Positions 1-10,044 of a stretch of DNA of 64,000 nucleotides are shown one piece after another. Position 1 is the first letter of the stretch; every line of letters begins with the position of its first letter. The stretch spans positions 303,012 through 367,011 of the forward strand of contig JAEHCQ010000002.1 in assembly GCA_020696385.1 (NCBI GenBank). Direction: 5' to 3'. A program made the translations under genes and the position numbers. Below the pieces are notes generated by a model. The model searched no databases. It had not been told where the DNA came from and saw nothing but the letters and a program-made list of their open reading frames with translations. Source of the stretch: Methanobacteriota archaeon. GTDB taxonomy: Archaea > Thermoplasmatota > Thermoplasmata > SG8-5 > JAGLSY01.

Positions 1-1193
1 CTACTGCCTACATCACCGAGGAAGAGAAAATGGCCGTCATTCTGCAAAAACTGGTCGGTAAAACATACGGCGCTAGGTTCTATCCAATATGCTCTGGTGT
101 TGCACAATCCATTAATTATTATCCTGTAGCTCCACTCAAACGGGATGATGGAATTGTAAGTGTAGCTCTTGGACTGGGGCACATAGTTGTTCAGGGTGAG
201 CAGGCACTCAATTTCTCACCAGAGTATCCAAAAATCCCACAAGGTTTATCCACACCCGAGGAGGTATTGAAGAATTCGCAAAATTATTTCTATGCTCTGA
301 ATATTGACACAATAGGGACATGTTATGATTTTAGGATGGGTAAGGATATATCACTCGTCAAATCGCCTGTTTCAGATGCGGAGAAGGACGGTACTCTGGA
401 TCATTTAGCTAGTACCTATGATTCCAATGATAATCGCATTAGGGACGGTGTGGGCTATCCAGGCCCAAAACTCGTAACATTTGCTGGTATTCTAAATTAC
501 AATACGATGCCCCTGGTCAAAATAATCAAGGAGCTTCTGCAGATTGGGGGAATTGGCATGGGAAGCCCGGTGGAGATCGAATTTGCTTGCACGACAGATG
601 ATAAAGGCAATCTGGAATTCTATGTTTTGCAGATTAGGCCTCTAGTGGGCCAGAAAGATAAGAAACAGATCAAGATCAAGCAGAAGGATATTGATGCTTC
701 ATTCATCCACACGAACAAGGCCCTGGGCAATGGCACTCTAGAAGGAATTCGGGATATCCTGTTCATACCTCCAGACAGGTTTGATAATACCAAAACTCTG
801 GACATCGCTCAGGAGATTGGCCAGTTCAATAAGGAGCTAGCTGGCCGTCCATATCTCCTTATTGGCCCAGGCAGGTGGGGTACGAGGGATCGCTCGCTAG
901 GTATTCCGGTGGAATGGGATCAGATATCCAATGCCAGAGCGATCGTCGAAGCATCTCTGGAGGATTTCAGGATAGATCCATCTCATGGCACTCATTTCTT
1001 CCACAATATCACATCACTTGGCATCATGTATTTCTCCATTCCTTATGGTACGGGAAAAGCTTACATGGATTGGGGCTGGCTCACATCCCGAACTCCAGAG
1101 ACCAAGAAGGATTTTGTCATCCACATCAAGCTGGATGAGGATCTTAATATCAAGGTGGATGGGAGAAGTGGAAAGGGAATAATATCTCCATAA
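1..1193 (+). CDS. PEP/pyruvate-binding (PPDK/PEP-synthase-like) domain protein, 5'-truncated by the window
   Basis: Frame stays open upstream of the ATG at 30 (TAYITEEEK-MAVILQ). Motifs SGVAQSINYYP, VEIEFA, LQIRP, IGPGRWG, PSHGTHFFHN are typical of the PPDK-like family often found beside gdh. Confidence 0.8.
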   Translation, partial: TAYITEEEKMAVILQKLVGKTYGARFYPICSGVAQSINYYPVAPLKRDDGIVSVALGLGHIVVQGEQALNFSPEYPKIPQGLSTPEEVLKNSQNYFYALNIDTIGTCYDFRMGKDISLVKSPVSDAEKDGTLDHLASTYDSNDNRIRDGVGYPGPKLVTFAGILNYNTMPLVKIIKELLQIGGIGMGSPVEIEFACTTDDKGNLEFYVLQIRPLVGQKDKKQIKIKQKDIDASFIHTNKALGNGTLEGIRDILFIPPDRFDNTKTLDIAQEIGQFNKELAGRPYLLIGPGRWGTRDRSLGIPVEWDQISNARAIVEASLEDFRIDPSHGTHFFHNITSLGIMYFSIPYGTGKAYMDWGWLTSRTPETKKDFVIHIKLDEDLNIKVDGRSGKGIISP

Positions 1194-1233
1194 TGAAGTG
1201 GTCAATGTTCTAGAATAAGATAATTGAAATATT

Positions 1234-1261
1234 TGCCCTGGCCTTTCGACCAGGGCATTTT
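1234..1261. terminator. Hairpin between convergent genes
   Basis: TGCCCTGG (1234-1241) / CCAGGGCA (1250-1257), 8-bp stem followed by TTTT. Confidence 0.5.
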
Positions 1262-1294
1262 CGTTTGCTCATATGATCATGGACTTATCTAAGC

Positions 1295-2650
<1,356 letters not shown>

Positions 2651-2904
2651 TTAATCATATCCTTTAATTTATATTGATTGACCATTATTAAAGGATGCCC
2701 CCTTATTGCAACGTGAGAAAAATTACGTCTATATAATGGAACGTTTTTAAAAAAAGACAATTTTAATAAAAGAAATTTTTGGCTCACCAAATTCTTACCC
2801 ATTCATTTATTAGACCAGTTGACTGAGTCATTCTTCATCAGATTATCGATCATATTGGGGTCTGGTAGTGTGGATATATTTCCGACCTGATCGTATTCAT
2901 TGGC

Positions 2905-3111
2905 CTTGCTAATTCAGGTGGCCTGATAAGTTCATATGTGGAATACATTGGTGGTGATGAGAAACAGATGTTCGAAATGACCGAAAAAATTGTGAGCAAA
3001 AATACTAAGGCGGTTCTGGACAAATCAAAAACAGATTTATGTTTACCAAGGGAATGTGCTTTGACAATAGCCAAGGGAAGGATGAGAAAAAGCGTAATTT
3101 CCAATCTCTAA
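2905..3111 (+). pseudogene. C-terminal relic of a Glu/Leu/Phe/Val dehydrogenase
   Basis: Frame +1 reads LANSGGLISSYVEYIGGDEKQMFEMTEKIVSKNTKAVLDKSKTDLCLPRECALTIAKGRMRK...stop, matching the ANAGGVISSY.E...R.AA..IA..R end of this family. In-frame TAG at 2866-2868 and no start codon upstream of the conserved motif. Confidence 0.7.
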
Positions 3112-3165
3112 CAGATTATTAAAGCAGAAAAACTATAAATGGATGGAATGCTGTCCATTATTTAC

Positions 3166-4356
3166 ATGCATCCAATTAATGATATTCGAGGATCATCTTC
3201 TTCCAGACTTGCTGGAAAAACCATTGTTCTTGGGATAACAGGCAGTATCGCGGCAGTGGAGACCATCAAAATGGCGAGGGAGCTGGCACGGCATGGCGCT
3301 GATGTCATACCGGTCATGTCCGAAGCCGCCACGAAGATAATCCATCCGGATGCCATACACTTCGCCACTGGTCATGTTCCGATCATCAAATTAGATGGAG
3401 CAGTGAAGCATGTGGAACTCTGTGGTGAGACCAGTAGCAGAGCGGACCTTCTCCTCATAGCCCCTGCAACAGCCAATACGATTTCAAAGATAGCACATGC
3501 GATAGATGACACCCCGGTGACCACGATGGCCACATGCGCGATGGGTTCAAAGATGCCGATCGTGATCGTGCCCGCCATGCATGGCTCCATGTACAAACAC
3601 ACTCTTCTTTTGCAAAACATCGAGCTTCTGAAAGAACACGGTGTTATTTTCGTCCAACCCAAGCTGGAAGAGGGCAAGGCCAAGATAGCTTCCAGGGATG
3701 ATATAGTTCATTCGGTCATCTCCTGTCTGGGTGACAACACTTTTTCATCAAAGAAAGTGCTGGTAATAACCGGCCCCACATCCGAGCCAATTGACGATGT
3801 CCGTGTGATAACCAATAGATCAACAGGGTTCACAGGCGTGCAGCTGGCCCTTGAAGCCTATTATCGAGGGGCGGATGTCGAGGTCTGGGCGGCAAGAGGT
3901 GTGGATGTCCCACATATGTTGAATGTGAAGAGATTTGAAAGTGTCGGCGATCTGGAAAAAATGGCAGGCGATGCCAAGGCTGATGTTATTCTTGTGCCAG
4001 CAGCTATATCGGACTTCCTTGTTGAGAAACACCAAGGAAAGGTAAGCTCCTCCGAACCCATCACTATCCGATTGACCCAAGCACCCAAGATACTAGCCCT
4101 TTTGAGAAAAAATACAGAAGCACTTATAGTGGGTTTCAAAGCAGAGACTGGCATAGACCTTGAGGAGCTGGAATCTCGGGCCATAAAAAGAATGAAAGAA
4201 CATGGTCTAGGCATGATAATTGCCAATCTGATGGAGGATGTCGGTCTATATGATACGAAGGCCATGATCCTCCGAATGGACGGTAAGAAAGATATTTTCG
4301 AGCTGAAAAAATCAGAGCTGGCTACAATTGTTTTCGATATAATAAAAGGTGAATGA
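3166..4356 (+). CDS. coaBC: Bifunctional phosphopantothenoylcysteine decarboxylase/ligase
   Basis: LGITGSIAA, APATANTISKIA, PAMH, GPTSEPIDDVRVITNRSTG, VGFKAE. Start chosen at MHPIN. Confidence 0.93.
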   Translation: MHPINDIRGSSSSRLAGKTIVLGITGSIAAVETIKMARELARHGADVIPVMSEAATKIIHPDAIHFATGHVPIIKLDGAVKHVELCGETSSRADLLLIAPATANTISKIAHAIDDTPVTTMATCAMGSKMPIVIVPAMHGSMYKHTLLLQNIELLKEHGVIFVQPKLEEGKAKIASRDDIVHSVISCLGDNTFSSKKVLVITGPTSEPIDDVRVITNRSTGFTGVQLALEAYYRGADVEVWAARGVDVPHMLNVKRFESVGDLEKMAGDAKADVILVPAAISDFLVEKHQGKVSSSEPITIRLTQAPKILALLRKNTEALIVGFKAETGIDLEELESRAIKRMKEHGLGMIIANLMEDVGLYDTKAMILRMDGKKDIFELKKSELATIVFDIIKGE

Positions 4357-4359
4357 CCA

Positions 4360-5322
4360 ATGGCCGGTTCAGCCATTGATACGAAGTCCACTGATACCAG
4401 TACCACTAATAATGCCATGATCGATGATACTGAAAATAGAGTAAAAGCATACTGTCCCGGTCATATAACCGGGATGTTCACTGTCGAGGATCAGGATCCC
4501 AATATTTTGAAGAAAGGCTCAAGGGGTGTGGGTTTCTGCACCCAATTGGGAGCCGTGTCCGAAGCAGCATTTCGACCCGGAACTGGAATACTGGCCATAA
4601 AGATAAATGGTAAAATATCGGCTTCTCCGATCACACGCCGGGCTTTGGGGCATATGGTTCCAAAGCTCAGCCTGGACATTGACATCAATATCGAGCTCCA
4701 AGCCCCCATCGGCCAGGGATTCGGTATGAGCTCCGCAGGCACGATGGCCACGTGCCTGGCCGTCGCCTCTTATCTTAATCTTCCAGCTCCTGACAAGCAA
4801 GCTCTTAAGGCCACGCATATGGCGGAGGTCGAATTAGGAGCGGGCTTGGGGGATGCGATAGCACAGGCAACAGGCGGTTTTGTCCAACGTCTGGCTCCTG
4901 GAATATCCAGCCTGGATAATACGAGAAAGCTGAAAGCCCCAGATACAGAAATCTTATTCTGCATACTGGGCGGGGAATTGAGCACCAGAAGTATCATCCA
5001 GCATCCGGAAAAGAAGAAAATCATATCGCAAGAGGGGGCGAAATATCTGGCCGAGTTCGGAGATAGGCCGAACTTCGATAATTTCATCAGTCTGTCTGGG
5101 AAATTCTCAAAGGGCACTGGTCTTCTGACAAATGAAATGTCAGAGGTTCTATTGAAGGCCAGTAATATCTCCAGGGGGAGCATGGTGATGCTCGGGAATA
5201 CGATATTCTGCATTCCCGATGATCCTTCCGACATCTTGCATTTGGAGGAGAGACTGGCCCAGTATGGAAATGTTATCCGGACCAGGATCACCGAGACCAA
5301 ACCCAGAATAATTCCAATTTAG
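4360..5322 (+). CDS. Pantoate kinase (archaeal GHMP kinase)
   Basis: PGHITGMF, GSRGVG, PIGQGFGMSSAG, AEV...GLGDAIAQATGG; follows coaBC. Confidence 0.85.
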   Translation: MAGSAIDTKSTDTSTTNNAMIDDTENRVKAYCPGHITGMFTVEDQDPNILKKGSRGVGFCTQLGAVSEAAFRPGTGILAIKINGKISASPITRRALGHMVPKLSLDIDINIELQAPIGQGFGMSSAGTMATCLAVASYLNLPAPDKQALKATHMAEVELGAGLGDAIAQATGGFVQRLAPGISSLDNTRKLKAPDTEILFCILGGELSTRSIIQHPEKKKIISQEGAKYLAEFGDRPNFDNFISLSGKFSKGTGLLTNEMSEVLLKASNISRGSMVMLGNTIFCIPDDPSDILHLEERLAQYGNVIRTRITETKPRIIPI

Positions 5323-5430
5323 TTCATTAATGACCTAATAGATTAGGGGCATCTTTTTATTACAATGCTATATTATTAGAATAAAATGGGGAAGATATTC
5401 TGCATTTGTAAAATATAATGGAGTGGAAAA

Positions 5431-6255
5431 ATGGCATTAGAACTATTTGGCCAAGATCTGGAAGCGGATATATACGCAGGTATCAGCCTGTTGGATATCA
5501 TTCTCTTCTTGATCGTTCTGGTCGTAGGATTAATCGTGGCCCGCGTAGCAGCTGGCTCGGTCAAGAAAAAATTGAATAAGATGAACGCTGGCGAAATACT
5601 CGCTGACTTCGCTTCCCGAATATTGAGAATCGTATTGTATGTGTTCGTGATCGGAATAGCAATCGGCTTCCTGGGCGTGAATGTAGGAGCCGCTCTGGTA
5701 AGCGTATCAGTCGTGCTCGGGTTCGTACTTGGTTTCGCACTGGGTGACACCCTCAGCAACTTCGCTGCTGGGTTCATGATCGCCATAACCAAGCCCTTCA
5801 AGAAAGGCGATTATGTCGATGTCGCTGGACAGTCTGGCTCTGTCAAGAGTGTGGGCATAAGCATAACCGAGCTCAATACACCGGACAACAAGCACATCAT
5901 CATACCGAACAAGGCAGTCTGGGGCGGAAGCATCGTGAACTATTCCAAACACGCACTCAGAAGAGTGGATATGAAAACAGGTGTAGGATATGATGACAAC
6001 CTGGATCTGGCTCTCAAGACCACGATGGACATAGTGGTGGCCCATCCAAAGGTTTTGAAGGATCCAGCACCTCAAGTCGTGATAGCCGAGATGGCCGATT
6101 CATCGGTCAATATCGTCATCAGGCCATGGTCCAAGAACGCGGATTACTGGGATGTGTTCTTCGACCTCCAGAAATCATTGAAGGAAGGCTATGACAAGGC
6201 CGGTTTGAGTATCCCATATCCTCAGACCGATGTTCACATGATCGAGAAGAACTGA
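5431..6255 (+). CDS. mscS: Small-conductance mechanosensitive channel
   Basis: Three TM helices, GFALGDTLSNFAAG, KPFKKGD, IIIPN, IPYPQ. Confidence 0.9.
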   Translation: MALELFGQDLEADIYAGISLLDIILFLIVLVVGLIVARVAAGSVKKKLNKMNAGEILADFASRILRIVLYVFVIGIAIGFLGVNVGAALVSVSVVLGFVLGFALGDTLSNFAAGFMIAITKPFKKGDYVDVAGQSGSVKSVGISITELNTPDNKHIIIPNKAVWGGSIVNYSKHALRRVDMKTGVGYDDNLDLALKTTMDIVVAHPKVLKDPAPQVVIAEMADSSVNIVIRPWSKNADYWDVFFDLQKSLKEGYDKAGLSIPYPQTDVHMIEKN

Positions 6256-6357
6256 TTGAAATCGTGTGAAAAATAATAATAAAGAGGAATGGCAGAGCGA
6301 TAACATCGCTCTGCCACCATTTCATTATTTAGATGCGTGTTTTTACTTAGATAGACA

Positions 6358-6954
6358 TCAAACGATCTGCCTGGTGGTTATCATCCTGCTAACTGAGGCA
6401 GCTGCGATCACTTTGACCGCGTCTCCGGTGATGAAAGGTACGACGGCCATAGCCAGTACGGTTCCCGCACCATATCCGGTCATGATACCGAACCACAGGG
6501 CGCCGAAAGCGTAGATGATACCCACACCGATCGACATGAGGGCCAGTAAATTGTGGAAGTTCCTTGTTTTGTAGTACTTCTCCACCGCCCAGCCGATGAC
6601 ACCAGCGGCAATGACGAATCCAACCAGATATCCCAATGTCACCATGCCAGTTATACCAGCCAACCACGGGACTCCAGCAAGACCAAGGCCAACATACAGG
6701 CCTTGGCTCAATGTGCCGAACCTGCTGCCGAGAACAACACCTGCCAGCAGAACTGCGAAGACCTGGCCAGTAAGTGGGATCGGGTTACCTGGCATGAAGA
6801 ATTTCACTTGTGCCAGAAGCCCAGTTAAACATGCGAAGCTCAGTGCGAGTATGACCTTGCGTGCAAAGTCCAGTTCATTCTGCCATTCATAGAACCTGTG
6901 TCTCAGGAATCTGTATTTGTTTACGGAAACATTGACCATATTGGATCTCTCCAT
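6358..6954 (-). CDS. bioY: Biotin ECF S-component
   Basis: PIPLTGQVFAVLLAGVVLG, LYVGLGLAGVP, TLGYLVGF, VVPFITGDAVK. Start uncertain (6939/6954/6981). Confidence 0.88.
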   Translation of the reverse strand: MERSNMVNVSVNKYRFLRHRFYEWQNELDFARKVILALSFACLTGLLAQVKFFMPGNPIPLTGQVFAVLLAGVVLGSRFGTLSQGLYVGLGLAGVPWLAGITGMVTLGYLVGFVIAAGVIGWAVEKYYKTRNFHNLLALMSIGVGIIYAFGALWFGIMTGYGAGTVLAMAVVPFITGDAVKVIAAASVSRMITTRQIV

Positions 6955-7011
6955 TTCACCCATAGGGTTGTGATGGGGCATGGAAATTATCTATTTAACA
7001 ATACCCATACC

Positions 7012-7049
7012 ATTATGATTTGATTATGATTTGATTATGATTTGATTAT
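7012..7049. repeat. 11-bp tandem repeat (ATTATGATTTG x about 3.5)
   Basis: attatgatttg attatgatttg attatgatttg attat, overlapping the stop codon of the response-regulator gene. Confidence 0.8.
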
Positions 7050-8147
7050 ATTTTGATAGATGTAATCCAACAATTCTTCCTTTTCTCTCATTATTTTATC
7101 TTCACCGATCTCAGCCTCAAAAGTATCAAATTTTTGCCCTATATTATGAAGATCATCATCACTCAAATACTTAGTGGCAAATGGAAAGAATTTCTCATCC
7201 TCAAATTTGATATGATTTGCCAGAAGTTCATTATATTTTCGAGCACTTTCCTTGATCGGAGCAATATTCCTTCTTTTGATATCGACATAAATATCGATAT
7301 CAAATTTCAAGCTCTTGATATGCTCCTCCACTTCGCTTATTTCATCTTCAATTTTAATGCTTAGTTCGAACTGGTTGATCGTTTTGATCAATAAATATAG
7401 CTTTTCTCTCTGTTCTTCAACATACACGGAAATAAAACCCTGAAGATCGGAGAAAAGGCTCTCAAGTTCATCATGTTGCTCATGGATGCTGACGAAAGCT
7501 GTATTGGATATACCTTCAAACCAGGCATTGGTGCTTTGACTTAAAACTTCCAGGAAATGGTCCATGAATATCTTCTCTTTACCATGATGCTGGGAGACCT
7601 CGAGTATCAACAAATGCTTGGATAATTGTTGAAGAACATCAAGATTAATATCCACATCAGACTCATTGCACAAACGATTAAAAATCTCGGTCACAGCCCT
7701 TAAATAAGTATGATCTTTCATCAATGACATAATCGGGTTTGTGAAAGAGCCAGTATCTACGATGATAGTTTTTTCTTTAATAAATCTCTTCGCAATATCA
7801 ATCCTTTCCATCAATAATTCCTTATCAATTGGCTTAGTAATAAAATCATTAATTCCTTGGTCTATGGCGAACATTATATTATCTATATCTTTGTTTGAGG
7901 AAATCATTATGATGTAGCAATTCTTTCCAGAAATATTGTTAAATTCTTGTATATCTCTGCTAATTGCGACACCACTGACATCCGGGAGATGCCAATCCAG
8001 AAGAACAAGATCATAATCTCCTGTTTTATAATCTTCCAGAGCGCTGACACCTTCTGAAAATTCACTAACCTGGTGTCCATTCTCTTCAAGGAATTTTGAC
8101 ACTAGTTTTCGTTGCACCATATTTTCTTCGATAATCAACACTTTCAT
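7035..8147 (-). CDS. Response regulator receiver fused to a hemerythrin-like domain
   Basis: KVLIIEE...LVLLDWHLPDVSG...DFITKP (REC). DH, HHGKE, HEQH and HIKFEDEKFFP match hemerythrin HHE motifs. Visibly AT-rich. Confidence 0.8.
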   Translation of the reverse strand: MKVLIIEENMVQRKLVSKFLEENGHQVSEFSEGVSALEDYKTGDYDLVLLDWHLPDVSGVAISRDIQEFNNISGKNCYIIMISSNKDIDNIMFAIDQGINDFITKPIDKELLMERIDIAKRFIKEKTIIVDTGSFTNPIMSLMKDHTYLRAVTEIFNRLCNESDVDINLDVLQQLSKHLLILEVSQHHGKEKIFMDHFLEVLSQSTNAWFEGISNTAFVSIHEQHDELESLFSDLQGFISVYVEEQREKLYLLIKTINQFELSIKIEDEISEVEEHIKSLKFDIDIYVDIKRRNIAPIKESARKYNELLANHIKFEDEKFFPFATKYLSDDDLHNIGQKFDTFEAEIGEDKIMREKEELLDYIYQNIIKS

Positions 8148-8225
8148 CTCTTTCCCTCATTCCAATTGAACATCGTTATGAACCATATAAATACATTTAG
8201 GCTAATTTACGATCATTCAAAAAGC

Positions 8226-8458
8226 GTGAATAGCTGGTCATCCTCTCCAACATCAAATAATCCCAATCTCGCCCCCGCATCCAGCCAGCGTGAGCCTTTT
8301 CTTTTAACTTCGCTGCGCTGGCTTGGGCTCCAAAAGAACAAGTATCACAGTGCAAAAGAAAACTCGCCCAAGCCTACTCGCTCATTGATACAATGTGAAT
8401 AGCTGGTCATCCTCTCCAACATCAAATAATCCCAATCTCGCCCCCGCATCCAGCCAGC
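8226..8458. repeat. 64-bp perfect direct repeat (8226-8289, 8395-8458) flanking a structured insert
   Basis: GTGAATAGCTGG...CCAGCCAGC is identical in both copies; the second copy lies in the 3' end of the DUF357 gene. Confidence 0.95.
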
Positions 8459-8678
8459 CATGTGCGTAATTCACACATGCGAAGGCATTGATATAATCAC
8501 CAGTATTGAAAAAATGCTCCGCATCCTCGAAATAAGCATTGGCCATTTTGAGAAAGTCTTCAGCCGCTGTCCTCATGAAGGATCGATCTGGGGAGATTAT
8601 CTTCAATTTATCCAGTGCCTTTCTCGTCTTCTCCAGGTAAGCCACTATGTGCTCTTCTGAGACTGTATCTCTTTCCAT
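8382..8678 (-). CDS. DUF357 family protein
   Basis: AYFEDAEHF...GDYINAFACVNYAHGWLDAGARLGLF. Confidence 0.85.
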   Translation of the reverse strand: MERDTVSEEHIVAYLEKTRKALDKLKIISPDRSFMRTAAEDFLKMANAYFEDAEHFFNTGDYINAFACVNYAHGWLDAGARLGLFDVGEDDQLFTLYQ

Positions 8679-9246
8679 TGAAAGCAGGTATGCGCTTTCT
8701 ATTAAATATGTATGCGCCCAAATGATTTAGCTCGTCTATGATGTCTGGCTCCCATTCATCACCCATTTTCTGCTTCATATTTTCCCTGTGGATCATGTAG
8801 GCATAGACAAGGGCTATTGCGAGATAGTTCAAGGCCAGTATAAGCACATTGTTCCAAGATATTCCCTGGAAATAAACTTCGGATGACAATGGATAAATAA
8901 ACCTGGTCGCGAACATGCTGGTCTCGTGGAATGGAATATCCAGAAGTATGTGGATGATCCAACCAGAAAGCGCAGGAAGAAGTCTGGGCTTCAGTTTCCA
9001 TAATATCACACCAACAATAAAGACCGTGACAAAACTATGTAATATGAAATAGATATCGAGAAACACCTGAGGAATGTTTCTCATCGCCTCAGCATAGCTG
9101 GTATCCATGGGCGACCAGAACATGGAGTAGAGCATTATCAACAGGAATCCCACATCCGGGAGCATGGAGAAGATAAGAGCCTCATCATGCCAGAGCTTGT
9201 TCCTGGTGGGGATATGCACCCACAGAATATGAGAAAAGAAATCCAT
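8608..9246 (-). CDS. Membrane-bound metal-dependent hydrolase-like protein (YdjM-like)
   Basis: N-terminal SH, SMLPD, LHS and HILLDIPFH motifs with TM segments; overlaps DUF357 by 71 nt. Confidence 0.6.
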   Translation of the reverse strand: MDFFSHILWVHIPTRNKLWHDEALIFSMLPDVGFLLIMLYSMFWSPMDTSYAEAMRNIPQVFLDIYFILHSFVTVFIVGVILWKLKPRLLPALSGWIIHILLDIPFHETSMFATRFIYPLSSEVYFQGISWNNVLILALNYLAIALVYAYMIHRENMKQKMGDEWEPDIIDELNHLGAYIFNRKRIPAFNGKRYSLRRAHSGLPGEDEKGTG

Positions 9247-9399
9247 TAGTAATAAAATGTGAATTAGTATATATAAGTTGATTGGTATGGTTTTTTGTAA
9301 TTAAGAATAATTTATGATACCCCATATTCGACTCCCCCCCTCACCCAGATATCTTGATCGACATAAAAAATTAAATACCCATATACTATTTTCACTCTC

Positions 9400-9933
9400 A
9401 TGACGAACGAGAAAGCCAGACAGACCCGCGGAGGTGTGGTCAAAGGCTATGCCAAGTACATCAAGAAGAAATGGGGGACAGATGGTGTTTTGGCATGCCA
9501 GAGAGATATTGGAGAACTGGGATTCGAGGTCAAAGAGGATGCCTGGTACCCGGAGGAAGTCAATGTCAAGATACTCCAGTGGATCGCTGACAATTATGGA
9601 TTAGAGTATGTGGAGAAGGCCGCGGCCTCCACCATATCTGAAAGGGGTGTTGTGGCTTATGCGGCCAAGCTGGCGGGCATCAAGAAGGTTTTGGAGCGCG
9701 GGGTCGAGGATTATTACCGCAATTTCAATTATGGGAAGATCGACATCGATATCAGTGACAATCAAGCCACGGTCACCTTGACAGATTCAACATCCAATGA
9801 GGTAGATTGTGTTTCCTGGAAAGGAGCCCTGAAAGGAGTGTACAAGCTCGTTAATAAGACCGGGGACGTGCAGGAGATGGAGTGTAGCCACAAAGGTAAG
9901 AGTGCGTGCAAGTTCCTCATGACCTGGGAGTAG
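9400..9933 (+). CDS. V4R/HNOB-like (DUF2378/TIGR02265-like) protein
   Basis: KG...YIKKKWG, WYP motif and C-terminal ECSHKGKSACKFLMTW V4R signature. Confidence 0.6.
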   Translation: MTNEKARQTRGGVVKGYAKYIKKKWGTDGVLACQRDIGELGFEVKEDAWYPEEVNVKILQWIADNYGLEYVEKAAASTISERGVVAYAAKLAGIKKVLERGVEDYYRNFNYGKIDIDISDNQATVTLTDSTSNEVDCVSWKGALKGVYKLVNKTGDVQEMECSHKGKSACKFLMTWE

Positions 9934-9991
9934 TTGACACTCTCTGTAATATTTTTAACATTCGGCTATAGCCAGCTAATTAAAGGATTAC

Positions 9992-10016
9992 CTGGCCTGT
10001 GTTTTTGGCAGGCCAG
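9992..10016. terminator. Hairpin between convergent genes
   Basis: CTGGCCTG / CAGGCCAG 8-bp stem. Confidence 0.4.
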
Positions 10017-10044
10017 CATTAACATAATTCCAGTCGCTCGGGTA

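Noticed and set aside
2850-3104. 84-aa minus-strand ORF
   Set aside because: It is the antisense shadow of the + strand dehydrogenase relic.
8213-8458. Diversity-generating retroelement TR/VR pair
   Set aside because: The 64-bp core is identical, the terminal differences are not adenine-specific, and no reverse transcriptase is nearby.
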